A stretch of DNA of 64,000 nucleotides from a virus (taxonomy: Duplodnaviria > Caudoviricetes), in the IMG/VR virus record IMGVR_UViG_3300025389_001063. One strand, given 5' to 3'. The notes beneath the pieces are model-generated. The model was given only the letters and a program-made list of their open reading frames with translations. It ran no database searches and was not told the origin of the DNA. Positions 1-10,057 of this stretch are shown here, in pieces. Both the position numbers and the translations under genes were made by a program. Each line of letters starts with the position of its first letter. Within the stretch, counting starts at the first letter, position 1.

Positions 1-172
1 GTGAGTCTGGAATTATTTCGTGTATTAATTCGCCAATCTCATTGTAAATTTTAACGGAATATGCTTCTACCGTTCTTGCAAAAGCAATAGCATCTTGTTC
101 TAATTCAAAGAAAAAATGTTTAGATTCTACAATACCATTATTCCAATTAAATGTTGTAGTCTTGAATTTCAT
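1..172 (-). CDS. small hypothetical protein, partial (runs off left edge)
   Basis: Read manually: ATG at 172, open frame MKFKTTTFNWNNGIVESKHFFFELEQDAIAF... to the window edge; GGAG upstream overlapping the end of the previous gene. Not in the ORF track. Confidence 0.7.
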   Translation of the reverse strand, partial: MKFKTTTFNWNNGIVESKHFFFELEQDAIAFARTVEAYSVKIYNEIGELIHEIIPDS

Positions 173-174
173 TG

Positions 175-1233
175 TTACTCTCCGTTAAAATATTTTACCC
201 AAATATCGCGGGTGTTATTAGTATAATTAGTCAAATTCTTCTGATTTATTCCCACATTCTGCTGTGGGAAATTATATGCTTTTATAATTTGTTCAGCAAT
301 GTTTTTACTGTCAACTGGATTAGCATTAAACTCTTTACAACTCCACGGTATTTCATTAGATCCTACAAGAGGAACACCTTGACTTATAAGATCAGCACCA
401 ACAATATTAAATGTTTCACTGAAACTAACTTGTAAGCCAATATCCATTGTAGCACATAATTCTAGAAATTGTTCTCTAGGGCGCCACTCATGTGATATCA
501 TTTCATGCCCACTATCTATAAGTTGAATAAACAGTCCACGTAAATTATGTAATACAGCATCCCCCTTCATTTCAATACGTCCAGCATTAATATGAAATCT
601 TAATTTTTTATTAAGAATTTTACAAGAATCAAGTGCTCCAAATGCTTGTAATAAGTGATTTTTTAGTGGACGAACTGCACCAAAACAACAAATGTCTAGA
701 TGTTTTTTATCTTTGTTAAATTCTTTAGTTACATAGTCTTGAGGATAGTAGTTTGGCATGTAAACTATTTTTTCTTTAATTTTATCTTTATCCCATCCCA
801 TTTTAATTTTAGCATAAGTTTTAATTTCGTGCATCATACGTGGGGCATTAATTCCTAATATGATATTTGGAAATGTAAAATAATCTCCAATCCAATTCAT
901 TGCGATTCCTTCGCCTGCTAGGAAAGGCATTTCACTGTGTAGTCGTATAATCCAAGTAATTTTAGGATGCAACTTTGTTAAAATATAAAATTTACTAGGA
1001 ACAACCCAAAGTGCTTCAATAATAACATGAGTTGGTCTATGCTTTGTGACTAACTTATCTATACAGTTATTATCTATTGCTACTTCCATCTCAGATTCTA
1101 TTCCAGAATCTTTTAACATTTGATCCATAAAACTGGCACTATTATAAAGTCCAGTACTTAATCCTTTTGCATTGTGTTTGACAAGGTCGTAGTCTTCTCT
1201 TCTCTTCAAAATGAATAGAACACGTTTTTTCAT
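175..1233 (-). CDS. GT-B fold (GT4-like) glycosyltransferase
   Basis: FGAVRPLKN and QVSFSETFNIVGADLISQGVPLVGS resemble GT4 C-terminal donor-binding motifs; GGAG RBS and ATAAATA upstream. Confidence 0.7.
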   Translation of the reverse strand: MKKRVLFILKRREDYDLVKHNAKGLSTGLYNSASFMDQMLKDSGIESEMEVAIDNNCIDKLVTKHRPTHVIIEALWVVPSKFYILTKLHPKITWIIRLHSEMPFLAGEGIAMNWIGDYFTFPNIILGINAPRMMHEIKTYAKIKMGWDKDKIKEKIVYMPNYYPQDYVTKEFNKDKKHLDICCFGAVRPLKNHLLQAFGALDSCKILNKKLRFHINAGRIEMKGDAVLHNLRGLFIQLIDSGHEMISHEWRPREQFLELCATMDIGLQVSFSETFNIVGADLISQGVPLVGSNEIPWSCKEFNANPVDSKNIAEQIIKAYNFPQQNVGINQKNLTNYTNNTRDIWVKYFNGE

Positions 1234-1261
1234 AAAACTCCCGTCTGTAAATCTTTCCGTC

Positions 1262-1313
1262 TATTTATCGACACATATATCTTTGGTGAGAAAAGAACAT
1301 AAATATTAGTAAA
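1262..1313. promoter_or_regulatory. divergent T4-like late promoters
   Basis: ATAAATA on - strand at 1262-1268 and on + strand at 1299-1305. The 15-mer ATAAATATTAGTAAA (1299-1313) recurs exactly at 2615-2629. Confidence 0.6.
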
Positions 1314-1327
1314 GAAAGGGCAGCAAC

Positions 1328-1597
1328 ATGAAAATAAAAGAACTTATCGAAGCAGCCACAGCAGGTGCTACATCCTCAGGAAGTATAGCAACAGTTGTAA
1401 GCCCACAATTAAGCCCAGGTAAAGCACGTGGCAAAACATCTTATACAGGATCACCAGGAAAAAGTGGAACAAAGGCTCCACCACAACCTAAGGTAGTACA
1501 ACCTAAATCAAAACTAGGTACTACTAAAAATGCTCTCGATATGAAGGCAAACATCTTTGGTCAACCCAAAGAAAGCGTAACAGTTATAAAGAGATAA
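1328..1597 (+). CDS. small basic protein, probable internal head protein
   Basis: 89-aa ORF; N-terminus MKIKELIE then a Gly/Ser/Thr/Lys/Pro-rich body; late promoter upstream. Confidence 0.6.
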   Translation: MKIKELIEAATAGATSSGSIATVVSPQLSPGKARGKTSYTGSPGKSGTKAPPQPKVVQPKSKLGTTKNALDMKANIFGQPKESVTVIKR

Positions 1598-1599
1598 TC

Positions 1600-2316
1600 A
1601 TGCTGCTACGCGATTTCGTTGAACAACATGTTTCTGATGCCGTTGTGTTCCACGATGAACTTAATCCTGTCTTTTGGACTAATAATAAAATGAAGCCTAT
1701 GATTCGCTATAAACTTTTACAAGTTGCTATGGATTTTGTCAAGTTCATAGGTGTTAAAGAATTAGGTCTCACAGATGTTATTATGACTGGATCAAACGCC
1801 AGTTACAATTATACAAAGCATAGTGATGTTGATCTACACCTTGTAGTTAAAATTCCCGATAGCGATGTATTCAAGCAATTATATGACTCCAAGAAGGGTC
1901 TTTGGAACGAACAACATGACGTTAAAATTAAAGGGTATGACGTTGAAGTTTATGTTCAAGACGCCGATGAGCCTCATATAAGTTCAGGCATGTACAGTAT
2001 ACTTAACGACGAGTGGATTAAAGAGCCAAAGCCCGTTAAGCCTAAAATTAATGATATGAGTGTTGAACACAAATATGAAGAAATTCATGCTGCTATTGAA
2101 GAAGCAGTTCATGATGGTGATAAAGCCAAGTTAGAAAAACTCAAAGACGATATTAAAAAGATGCGTCAAAGCGGTCTCCAAAAAGAAGGAGAATTTAGCG
2201 TTGAGAATTTGGTTTTTAAGATGTTGCGTAATCTAGGTGACATGGATATGTTAGTCAATGTTATAGCAAGGTTGCGTGACAAAGAACTCAGTATAGAACA
2301 CGTTCACGAGGAGTAA
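1600..2316 (+). CDS. Pol-beta superfamily nucleotidyltransferase
   Basis: hG[GS]x(9-13)DhD signature (MTGSNASYNYTKHSDVDLHL) and a third acidic strand (YDVEVYVQD). Confidence 0.75.
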   Translation: MLLRDFVEQHVSDAVVFHDELNPVFWTNNKMKPMIRYKLLQVAMDFVKFIGVKELGLTDVIMTGSNASYNYTKHSDVDLHLVVKIPDSDVFKQLYDSKKGLWNEQHDVKIKGYDVEVYVQDADEPHISSGMYSILNDEWIKEPKPVKPKINDMSVEHKYEEIHAAIEEAVHDGDKAKLEKLKDDIKKMRQSGLQKEGEFSVENLVFKMLRNLGDMDMLVNVIARLRDKELSIEHVHEE

Positions 2317-2321
2317 TCACA

Positions 2322-2612
2322 ATGACATATGAATTTGATACACATCAGTCCACAAATAAAATTAATTGGGCTGATTTCGATCTCTTATGGGAAAATTATT
2401 ATACCGTCAGAGCCATACCTCGTGGAAATCTCAAGAAAAAAGCCTTATCCTATATCGACGAACATGAGTATAAAAACGGCTGGAGTAAGCATACACAACG
2501 TAAACTTGTGGTAAAATCAAAGAAGATCAGAAAAAGTTCCAAAAAGGCTGATCGTATGTTTGACTCGCAGTTAACCGATATGGTCAACTGGTACATCCAC
2601 TTTTACCAGTAA
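2322..2612 (+). CDS. hypothetical protein
   Basis: 96-aa ORF with GAGGAG RBS. Confidence 0.6.
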   Translation: MTYEFDTHQSTNKINWADFDLLWENYYTVRAIPRGNLKKKALSYIDEHEYKNGWSKHTQRKLVVKSKKIRKSSKKADRMFDSQLTDMVNWYIHFYQ

Positions 2613-2614
2613 GG

Positions 2615-2629
2615 ATAAATATTAGTAAA
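2615..2629 (+). promoter_or_regulatory. T4-like late promoter
   Basis: ATAAATATTAGTAAA upstream of the 560-aa gene, identical to 1299-1313. Confidence 0.6.
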
Positions 2630-2645
2630 TTATAAGGATTTACTA

Positions 2646-4328
2646 ATGAACCTTTCTGACCTGTTATCTGAATCTGAAATTCAGCAACTAGACGAGTTAA
2701 AAGCAGGAAAGTATGCTCATATAGCGAGTTTATTAGGTGCTCTTGCTGCTCAACACGGTGGCAAGGCAGCTGATGCTGCTACTGTTGGTTGGAAGCAACA
2801 AGCACCACATGCTTTAGCAACATTAGCAACTTATGCCGATACTAAAAAACTAGGTGCCCTACCTGCTACATTAAGTTCTGACGAACTTAATAGAGATGAA
2901 GACGAATTAAGACGTAGAGAAAAATATAGAAAAATTGGTAGATTAGTTTCTCCTAAAGATGAAAGTTTAGACGAGGGTGTAGTTGCCCGTAGAGGCAATA
3001 AAGTAATTCTTGGTTCTCTAGAATTACAACTTTATCCAGATCATGTTTTTTATGTAGTTAATGGTGGGAAAGAAGCAGATCTAAGCATTTATAAGGACGG
3101 AGCGTTTAAGCCTCCTCGCAATAATGAAATCTATTTGAAGGATGCTGGTAAGCATGGCGTTCCAGACGTATTCTCAAAGGTAATTGCTAAATTCTTTGCT
3201 ACTCAAAGCATAGATGATGTTGTTAATGATTTAGAAACTCTATATAGAAATCATGTTAAGAAAGAAGATTTAGACGAAGGAAAGTATAATGAACTTTTCC
3301 TTAGAGGATTAGTTGGTGCTATTATGGCAGGTGGAATTTCTTATGGTATCGATTATGCCAAAGAGAAAACTGCTGATCTTGATAAAGCAGGATTACACGC
3401 ACTTTATAAAAGTATCGATCCACACGAATATAAACAACTTACACAAAAAATACCACTCAAAGACAAAAAAGGTCTTAATTCTATATTAAGCAAATTGAAG
3501 GAACATGCCATGAAAATGGAAGATCTAGATGAAGGTTGGGTATCTATTAGTGATCCTAAAACTGGTAAAACAAACACTTATGGTAAAAAGCCAAAAGAGA
3601 AACCAGAAGTCGGTGAACCAGGAACTAATTGGCAGAAACATTCTAAACAAGGTGGTAGTAAGATATCACTTACTAAACCTATTGAAGAAGGTAATAAAGA
3701 AAATAAAGCAAAGAAGAAAGAAGTTATTCCACCAAAAAGTCGTCCTAAAGATAAGATGAGTTCATTTGATCCACGTAAAGATCTTAAAATGAGAGAAAGT
3801 GAATACGACGGTGAAGGATCTTTCTTAAAGAATGAATTACAGACTATTGCTAGAGTTGCTACTCACCTTGCTCGCGATTTAGACAATGACGAGAATGTTC
3901 CAACATGGGTAATATCAAAGATATCACAAAGCAAAGGTATGCTTGTTGGTGCTATGGATTATATGATTAGCAAACATGAACGTGGTATTCAACCAATGGA
4001 TGAAGAAGAAAAGGATTGGTCAAGTCGTTATAGAGTAGGTTGTACTCTTGTTGATCGTAATTCACCTGCTGCTTCTAACAGAAATAAAAAGATCTTTAAG
4101 AATGTTTGGGTAAGAGCAGAAGACGAATTTGATGCTAAAAAAGTTGCTCAAATCTATTATCGCAAAAAAGGATACAGTGTAATTAATTGCGAAATTACAA
4201 CTCCAAATGAATCAATGAGTGAAGAAAAGCAAAGACTTGATGCTAAATGCTGGAAAGGTTATCGCAAGGCTGGAACTAAAATGAAGGGCGGCGTCAGAGT
4301 TAATAATTGTGTTAAGAGTGGAAAATAA
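2646..4328 (+). CDS. multi-segment charged protein, probable protease-processed head/core polyprotein
   Basis: Recurrent LDE(G)/IEEG motifs separating distinct segments; C-terminal CWKGY...GTKMKGG..VNNCV motif. Confidence 0.6.
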   Translation: MNLSDLLSESEIQQLDELKAGKYAHIASLLGALAAQHGGKAADAATVGWKQQAPHALATLATYADTKKLGALPATLSSDELNRDEDELRRREKYRKIGRLVSPKDESLDEGVVARRGNKVILGSLELQLYPDHVFYVVNGGKEADLSIYKDGAFKPPRNNEIYLKDAGKHGVPDVFSKVIAKFFATQSIDDVVNDLETLYRNHVKKEDLDEGKYNELFLRGLVGAIMAGGISYGIDYAKEKTADLDKAGLHALYKSIDPHEYKQLTQKIPLKDKKGLNSILSKLKEHAMKMEDLDEGWVSISDPKTGKTNTYGKKPKEKPEVGEPGTNWQKHSKQGGSKISLTKPIEEGNKENKAKKKEVIPPKSRPKDKMSSFDPRKDLKMRESEYDGEGSFLKNELQTIARVATHLARDLDNDENVPTWVISKISQSKGMLVGAMDYMISKHERGIQPMDEEEKDWSSRYRVGCTLVDRNSPAASNRNKKIFKNVWVRAEDEFDAKKVAQIYYRKKGYSVINCEITTPNESMSEEKQRLDAKCWKGYRKAGTKMKGGVRVNNCVKSGK

Positions 4329-4564
4329 TGGCAAACCTAACAGTACAAACACCTTACAATCCAAATAGACCAACTAACCCAGAAGATCCAAATGGTATTG
4401 CTCATGCTGAAAGTGCTAATCCCGCTGATACACAGAAGGATCGTGCCGCAGCAAAGAAGTCTTGGGCACAATATGTCCAAGATTGGAAAGTAGCACAACA
4501 AACAGGTGATAGTTCAGGTCCAGCACAGTTTCCAACAGGAACAGTAATTTATCCAAACGATTGA
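4328..4564 (+). CDS. hypothetical protein
   Basis: 78-aa ORF, TAATG-coupled to the upstream gene. Confidence 0.6.
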   Translation: MANLTVQTPYNPNRPTNPEDPNGIAHAESANPADTQKDRAAAKKSWAQYVQDWKVAQQTGDSSGPAQFPTGTVIYPND

Positions 4565-4595
4565 TTAAAATAAATACACTAACAAGGATTTTATT

Positions 4596-4946
4596 ATGAA
4601 AGTAGACGAATTAATCAAAACCATCCTTAACATGGTAGACAAACAGGAAAATCCTGAAGGTGTTGTTAAGACCGATGCTGATACAAAGCGTCTAAAGCCA
4701 GTAGAAATTAAGAATCAAAAAGGTGCTGAACAGGCAGCCGAAGCAGGCGATCACAATGCTCAAAAGAAATGCGATGGTCAGCAAATAATGACTTTTCCGC
4801 TACAACAAAAACACGAACTATTAAAGAAAACAGTTGATGTACCTAATCAATTTGATAAACAAGAAAATGATGAATTAAACCGTATTAAGAAAATGGCAGG
4901 TCTAACAATTATACATCACGATGATTCAACACCATTTGATGATTAA
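4596..4946 (+). CDS. hypothetical protein, possible head-associated
   Basis: 116 aa, MKVDELIK start; ATAAATA at 4570-4576 and AAGGA RBS. Confidence 0.6.
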   Translation: MKVDELIKTILNMVDKQENPEGVVKTDADTKRLKPVEIKNQKGAEQAAEAGDHNAQKKCDGQQIMTFPLQQKHELLKKTVDVPNQFDKQENDELNRIKKMAGLTIIHHDDSTPFDD

Positions 4947-4954
4947 GGAGTCTA

Positions 4955-7900
4955 GTGGTGGCTGTAACAGAGAAACTATTCACAAGTAGAGCAAAAGGTG
5001 TAGATGCTGATCTTTATGTAGGAGAAAAAGGTCGCTTATTCTACAACGAACCAGATGGTACAGGCATTGCTCCTATATTAAGATATAGTGATGGTGCTAC
5101 TGTTGGCGGTGTTCCCCTATTAGGTGGCACTGTAATTGTAAGTAATAATCCACCTAACAATCCAAATACTGGTGAGTTGTGGTTTGACAACCTCGATGGT
5201 AGATTATATGTTTTTTACGACAATACTTGGGTTGATACAAATCCTGCTAGTCAATATACTTTACTACCTGCTACAAATTCAAGTCTTGGTGGTGTTATAG
5301 TTGGTGGAAATATACAAGTCGATGTTAATGGAACAATTAGTGTAGACTTTACCGGACTTGCTACAGAAACTTATGTTAATACTGCTATTACAAATGCCTT
5401 CGAACAATATAATGATTTAGGTAACTTATCAGTTGGTGGTACAGATTTACAAACTATCTATGGTAGCGTTAATAATGCCGACATTGCTATAACACCTAGT
5501 GGTTCAGGATTATTACAAACTTCTGGTATAAGAGTAATTAATCCCCTACTACAGTCTCCACAAGTAGGTTCAATTGTATCGGCACAAAGTAGTATTGTTG
5601 CTAATATCGCTAACATTTATCTAGCAGCCATTTTAGATCACGGTGATGATGCTGATTTAGTTCCCCCAATTTATGGATTAACAAATGGTATCACTGGTGG
5701 TCCTTATACAGTTTATCAATTAGTTACTGCTCCTGTTATTACCCTACAAATTGGAGATATCATAGCAGGTCCTGCTATACCTGTTGGTAGCACTATTATC
5801 TATGTAGGTTCTGATACATACGCTGATATTATAATCACCAGCAGTAATTTCGCACCAGGGGCTACTTTACCTTATGCTGATCCTACTAACACTACTGTTC
5901 CAACTACAGTTTCTCGTGCTGTGGTTAATGCTGGATTAAGCATAGTTACACACCCTGATGTAGATATCACTCTAAATGCCGGTACTGGTGGACATATTGT
6001 TCCTCACAGTGACATTGTTCCTTTTACTACTAGTACATGGAATTTAGGAACAAGTGCTCGTAGATTTAAGGAAGTATGGTTAGGTGCTGGCACAATCTAT
6101 ATACAAGATGAAACGCTAGGAAACGACCAAGCAATCGGTGCTAGAGATGGATTAGTTTATATCGCAGGTGGTGCTGGACTTAAGGTTGGCGAGTTTACAT
6201 TAATAGATAATGAAATTAAAATTACAGATCCTACTAGAGATATTATAGTAGGTTCCATTACTGCTACTGGTAATGTTACATTTAATCGTCCATTACAGGT
6301 AGCAAACAATTCAGGTATCATAACATTCCAAGTTGAACGAGGCGGTAAGACTGATATTTTCTCTCCAGGCCTACCTTTGGGACAATCTGCTTTAAGTATT
6401 AATGCTACTATAGGTCGTAATGAATATGGATTAGTTTCTCCTCTCGGCGGCAGTCTTATTCATGCTACTGCTAAAGAAGGCTCTATTGGTTTTATAACTA
6501 TAGATAGTTTTTCTGATGTGGCTGGAGGAGGTGGCACCGCATTTGTTGGTCGTAGATTCCGCGGAACTGTTAGTAGTCCGGCAGCAGTTCAGCAGGGCGA
6601 CACTATGGCCGTATTTGCTACTAATGGGTATAACGGAACTGATATCAGAACAGGTGTAAGTAGTGCTCGAATAACATTCAAAGCGGCTGAAAACTTTAAT
6701 TCAACTTCACAATCAGCCTATACAGAATTTAGAAATCAAGTTGTTGGCACTGGTGTGGACGCTGTTTCTGCTATAATCGACGCAAATGGTTTAACTTTAC
6801 CTAGTGGTGCTTTAGGTGGAATTGGAAATGTTGGAATTACATTCCGTAATAACACAAGACAAATAACCGCACCAACTGTTATACCAAGTCAAACAGGATA
6901 TGCTGGATATTACTTAAGAACCGACGGCGTTGCTGGTGGTACAGATATTAATGGTAATACTACTTCGGGTACATTAAGTTGGCAACCTATTCCACAAGCG
7001 ATTGTTTATAAAGGTGCTTGGGATGCTAATGCTAACTCACCTAGTTTAAGTACTACAACCCCTACAGGATTACAAGCAGGTTGGGAATATTCAATTTCGA
7101 CTACTGGTACACAAGATATCGGTAGTGGTTCGCAAACATATAGTGCTGGTGGATTTGTTATCTTTAACGGATCAACATGGGAATATATACCACCAGTAAG
7201 TGGCGTTGTTAGTATAGAATTTGATAGTGGGTCAGCATATACCGGAAGTGTACAAGTACAAAGTTCAGATATTGTTAGCACTATAGATACTGGAGCATTG
7301 CCAATCAATAAATTAGCATCAAATTCAGTAACTGTTACAGCCGGTACTGGAATGAGCGGTGGTGGTACTGTTTCTCTAGGTGGATCGATTACATTAACTA
7401 ATGCTGGTGTTACAGGTATAACTGGTGGTACTGGTATTAGTGTTAATACAAGCACTGGATCTGTTACAGTTACTAACTCAGGTGTTACTAGCATATCTGC
7501 TACTAATCATATTTCAGTAAATAACAGCACAGGTTCTGTAACTGTTACATCAGATGCTACAAGCAATTCAACAGCAAATACCATAGCATTAAGAAATGGT
7601 GTAGGTGGGATTGACGCACAAGACTTTACTGCTACTCATGATGTAAGTGTATTAACTGACCATGGTGCCTTTAACTACGGAACTTTAAGTTATAGTGATA
7701 CTGGTATTATGGCTGATTTTAGTTATAGTACCATCCTCTATAATCAAGTAGTTGTACAAAATACTAATAGTGCTAATAGTGCTAGTGCCAATTATATTGT
7801 AAGTAACGACCAAGGAACAGCAAATACCTATTACGGTGAGTTAGGCATGAACTCCAGTACCTTTAGCGGTAGTGGTAGTCTTAATTTACCAAATGCTGTT

Positions 7901-9388
7901 TATCTTAACAGTGTATCAAGTGATTTAGTATTAGGTACGACAGGAACTTTACATTTTAATATTAATGGTACTGATGCTGCTTATATCAATAGTTCAGGTG
8001 TTGCTACATTTGCTAATACTATTCAAGGAACTATATCAAGCCTAAGTAATCATACTACAACTGATTTAGCAGAAGGTACTAACAAGTATTATACAGATTA
8101 TAGAGCCCGTCATGCTATCAGTGCTGGTGCTGGTATTAGTTACGATAATTCAACTGGTATTATTAGCAGCAATATTACTGTTGGGCCAACTGGTCCTCAA
8201 GGTCCTACTGGTCCAACTGGTGCTCCTAGTAATGTAACTGGTCCCACAGGATGGACTGGACCACAAGGTGCTGCTGGTACAAATGGAACCAATGGAGCCA
8301 CTGGACCTACAGGATGGACTGGACCACAAGGTGCTGCTGGTACAAATGGAACCAATGGAGCCACTGGACCTACAGGATGGACAGGACCACAAGGTGCTGC
8401 CGGCACAAATGGAACTAATGGAGCCACAGGACCTACTGGATGGACTGGACCTCAAGGTACACAGGGAAATGTTGGACCAACTGGTCCTATTGGTTGGACT
8501 GGACCACAAGGTGCTGCTGGTACAAATGGAACCAATGGAGCCACTGGACCTACAGGATGGACAGGACCTCAAGGCATACAAGGCGTAACTGGTCCCACAG
8601 GATGGACTGGACCACAAGGTGCTGCGTCAACAGTAACTGGTCCTACTGGATGGACTGGTCCTACTGGATGGACTGGACCACAAGGTGCTGCGTCAACAGT
8701 AACTGGTCCTACTGGATGGACTGGTCCTACTGGAGCAACTGGTCCTACTGGTGCTACTTATGTATTACCAACTGCTGGTGTTGGATCTGGAGGTACATTA
8801 GGTGGTGTTAAAGTTGATGGCACAAGTATTACTATTTCAAGTGGTGTTATAAGTGCTACAAGTAATGGTATAGGTGGTAATCAATTAGTATATGTATTAA
8901 ATTCTCAACAAACTATCGGAAATGCTAAAAATACATTATTAAGTTTATTTGGGTTAACTAACGGCGTTGTATTGGCCTCAAATACTCGCTATCAATATGA
9001 AATATTGTTTAATGCTCAATGTAACAAGGCTGGAGTATTAAGTTATGCTTTAGCACTAAGTGGTGGTGCTGTAGTAGCACAACATAACTACAATGTATTA
9101 TCTAACAAAACTACAACTATAGATACCTATACTGCCGGTGTTACTATGATGAGTTTGAACGCAACTGGTGCTACAATTACTACAGCACAAACAGTAGCCG
9201 ACACCGCAACATTTACTCACACTATAATACAAGGGACTATTGATGTAACTACTGGCGGTAATGTTAATTTTATGGTAAGTCAAGATCAAAATACTCCAGT
9301 AACTTGGACTATAAATGCCGGGTCTTATATCAAATTATTACCGTTAGGTGCTATTGGTGCTAACACAGTTGATGGTACTTGGTCATAA
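4955..9388 (+). CDS. long tail fibre with collagen-like domain
   Basis: 1477 aa, Gly/Thr/Ser-rich; GELWFD motif; long Gly-X-Y tract; GTG start with AAGGAG RBS. Confidence 0.8.
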   Translation: MVAVTEKLFTSRAKGVDADLYVGEKGRLFYNEPDGTGIAPILRYSDGATVGGVPLLGGTVIVSNNPPNNPNTGELWFDNLDGRLYVFYDNTWVDTNPASQYTLLPATNSSLGGVIVGGNIQVDVNGTISVDFTGLATETYVNTAITNAFEQYNDLGNLSVGGTDLQTIYGSVNNADIAITPSGSGLLQTSGIRVINPLLQSPQVGSIVSAQSSIVANIANIYLAAILDHGDDADLVPPIYGLTNGITGGPYTVYQLVTAPVITLQIGDIIAGPAIPVGSTIIYVGSDTYADIIITSSNFAPGATLPYADPTNTTVPTTVSRAVVNAGLSIVTHPDVDITLNAGTGGHIVPHSDIVPFTTSTWNLGTSARRFKEVWLGAGTIYIQDETLGNDQAIGARDGLVYIAGGAGLKVGEFTLIDNEIKITDPTRDIIVGSITATGNVTFNRPLQVANNSGIITFQVERGGKTDIFSPGLPLGQSALSINATIGRNEYGLVSPLGGSLIHATAKEGSIGFITIDSFSDVAGGGGTAFVGRRFRGTVSSPAAVQQGDTMAVFATNGYNGTDIRTGVSSARITFKAAENFNSTSQSAYTEFRNQVVGTGVDAVSAIIDANGLTLPSGALGGIGNVGITFRNNTRQITAPTVIPSQTGYAGYYLRTDGVAGGTDINGNTTSGTLSWQPIPQAIVYKGAWDANANSPSLSTTTPTGLQAGWEYSISTTGTQDIGSGSQTYSAGGFVIFNGSTWEYIPPVSGVVSIEFDSGSAYTGSVQVQSSDIVSTIDTGALPINKLASNSVTVTAGTGMSGGGTVSLGGSITLTNAGVTGITGGTGISVNTSTGSVTVTNSGVTSISATNHISVNNSTGSVTVTSDATSNSTANTIALRNGVGGIDAQDFTATHDVSVLTDHGAFNYGTLSYSDTGIMADFSYSTILYNQVVVQNTNSANSASANYIVSNDQGTANTYYGELGMNSSTFSGSGSLNLPNAVYLNSVSSDLVLGTTGTLHFNINGTDAAYINSSGVATFANTIQGTISSLSNHTTTDLAEGTNKYYTDYRARHAISAGAGISYDNSTGIISSNITVGPTGPQGPTGPTGAPSNVTGPTGWTGPQGAAGTNGTNGATGPTGWTGPQGAAGTNGTNGATGPTGWTGPQGAAGTNGTNGATGPTGWTGPQGTQGNVGPTGPIGWTGPQGAAGTNGTNGATGPTGWTGPQGIQGVTGPTGWTGPQGAASTVTGPTGWTGPTGWTGPQGAASTVTGPTGWTGPTGATGPTGATYVLPTAGVGSGGTLGGVKVDGTSITISSGVISATSNGIGGNQLVYVLNSQQTIGNAKNTLLSLFGLTNGVVLASNTRYQYEILFNAQCNKAGVLSYALALSGGAVVAQHNYNVLSNKTTTIDTYTAGVTMMSLNATGATITTAQTVADTATFTHTIIQGTIDVTTGGNVNFMVSQDQNTPVTWTINAGSYIKLLPLGAIGANTVDGTWS
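8182..8760 (+). repeat. collagen-like Gly-X-Y coding repeats including 63-bp tandem units
   Basis: Unit [21 protein letters not shown] starts at 8258, 8321 and 8384 (63-bp period) and again at 8501; [16 protein letters not shown] units follow. Confidence 0.95.
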
Positions 9389-9433
9389 TTAAAGCAAGTT
9401 AGATAACTGTACAACTTACCCATAAATATTTTT

Positions 9434-10057
9434 ATGAGAGTAAGCAAAGCCCAATTTACTAATGATCCAAGTATTAGAAACGCAATTAGTGTTGATAGCG
9501 TTCTTTCACTTGACATGAAATACTTTGATAAAGAAGGTTTTGAACTCAACAAACTCGAGCAGGCATATTACAAAGTTAATAGCATACACATTGGACATAC
9601 CCTATATCACATCTGTTGCCAACAAGAATGGATAATAGGATCTTATGAACCTCTACAAGGTCCTTACTTTGATCATTGTATGATCTTAACAAGATTTGAT
9701 TATCAAGGTGCTGCTCGTGAACAATTAGAGAAATTTACTCCAAGAAGACCATGCCTAAACAAACTACTAAAAATAAAACCAAAGTATGGCGTTGATGTTA
9801 GCATGGAATATCAATGGCCGGATGGTGATATCTCAGAAATCTTCCATATTGAAATAGATCGTTATAGTAAAGACGAAATACTAGAGTGGAAAGAAAAATT
9901 AGAAAACATTGTTCTTAATACCGATTGGGCAGATGCTATGAACAGCATCATGCTTCGCAAATCAGAATGGGAACTAATGAACGCCGATGATCAAAGTGAT
10001 TGGCGTTGTCAATTTTTAGGATTACCTAGAGCATACGATACAATTAAGGTTTTATAA
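9434..10057 (+). CDS. hypothetical protein
   Basis: 207-aa ORF; ATAAATA at 9422-9428 lies 5 nt before the ATG and no SD is evident. Confidence 0.65.
   Translation: MRVSKAQFTNDPSIRNAISVDSVLSLDMKYFDKEGFELNKLEQAYYKVNSIHIGHTLYHICCQQEWIIGSYEPLQGPYFDHCMILTRFDYQGAAREQLEKFTPRRPCLNKLLKIKPKYGVDVSMEYQWPDGDISEIFHIEIDRYSKDEILEWKEKLENIVLNTDWADAMNSIMLRKSEWELMNADDQSDWRCQFLGLPRAYDTIKVL

Noticed and set aside
172-435. Plus-strand 87-aa ORF and similar short ORFs nested in or antisense to long genes throughout the window
   Set aside because: Fully overlapped by well-supported genes, with no independent signals.
8258-8626. 63-bp periodic repeats as a CRISPR array
   Set aside because: The units are in-frame collagen codons with synonymous variation and no unique spacers.
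7006-9552. Alternative-frame and antisense ORFs over the tail fibre (7006-7494, 8150-8617, 8197-8427, 8268-8588, 8440-8811, 9098-9289, 9325-9552)
   Set aside because: Shadow ORFs produced by repetitive Gly/Thr codons; no RBS or plausible protein features.
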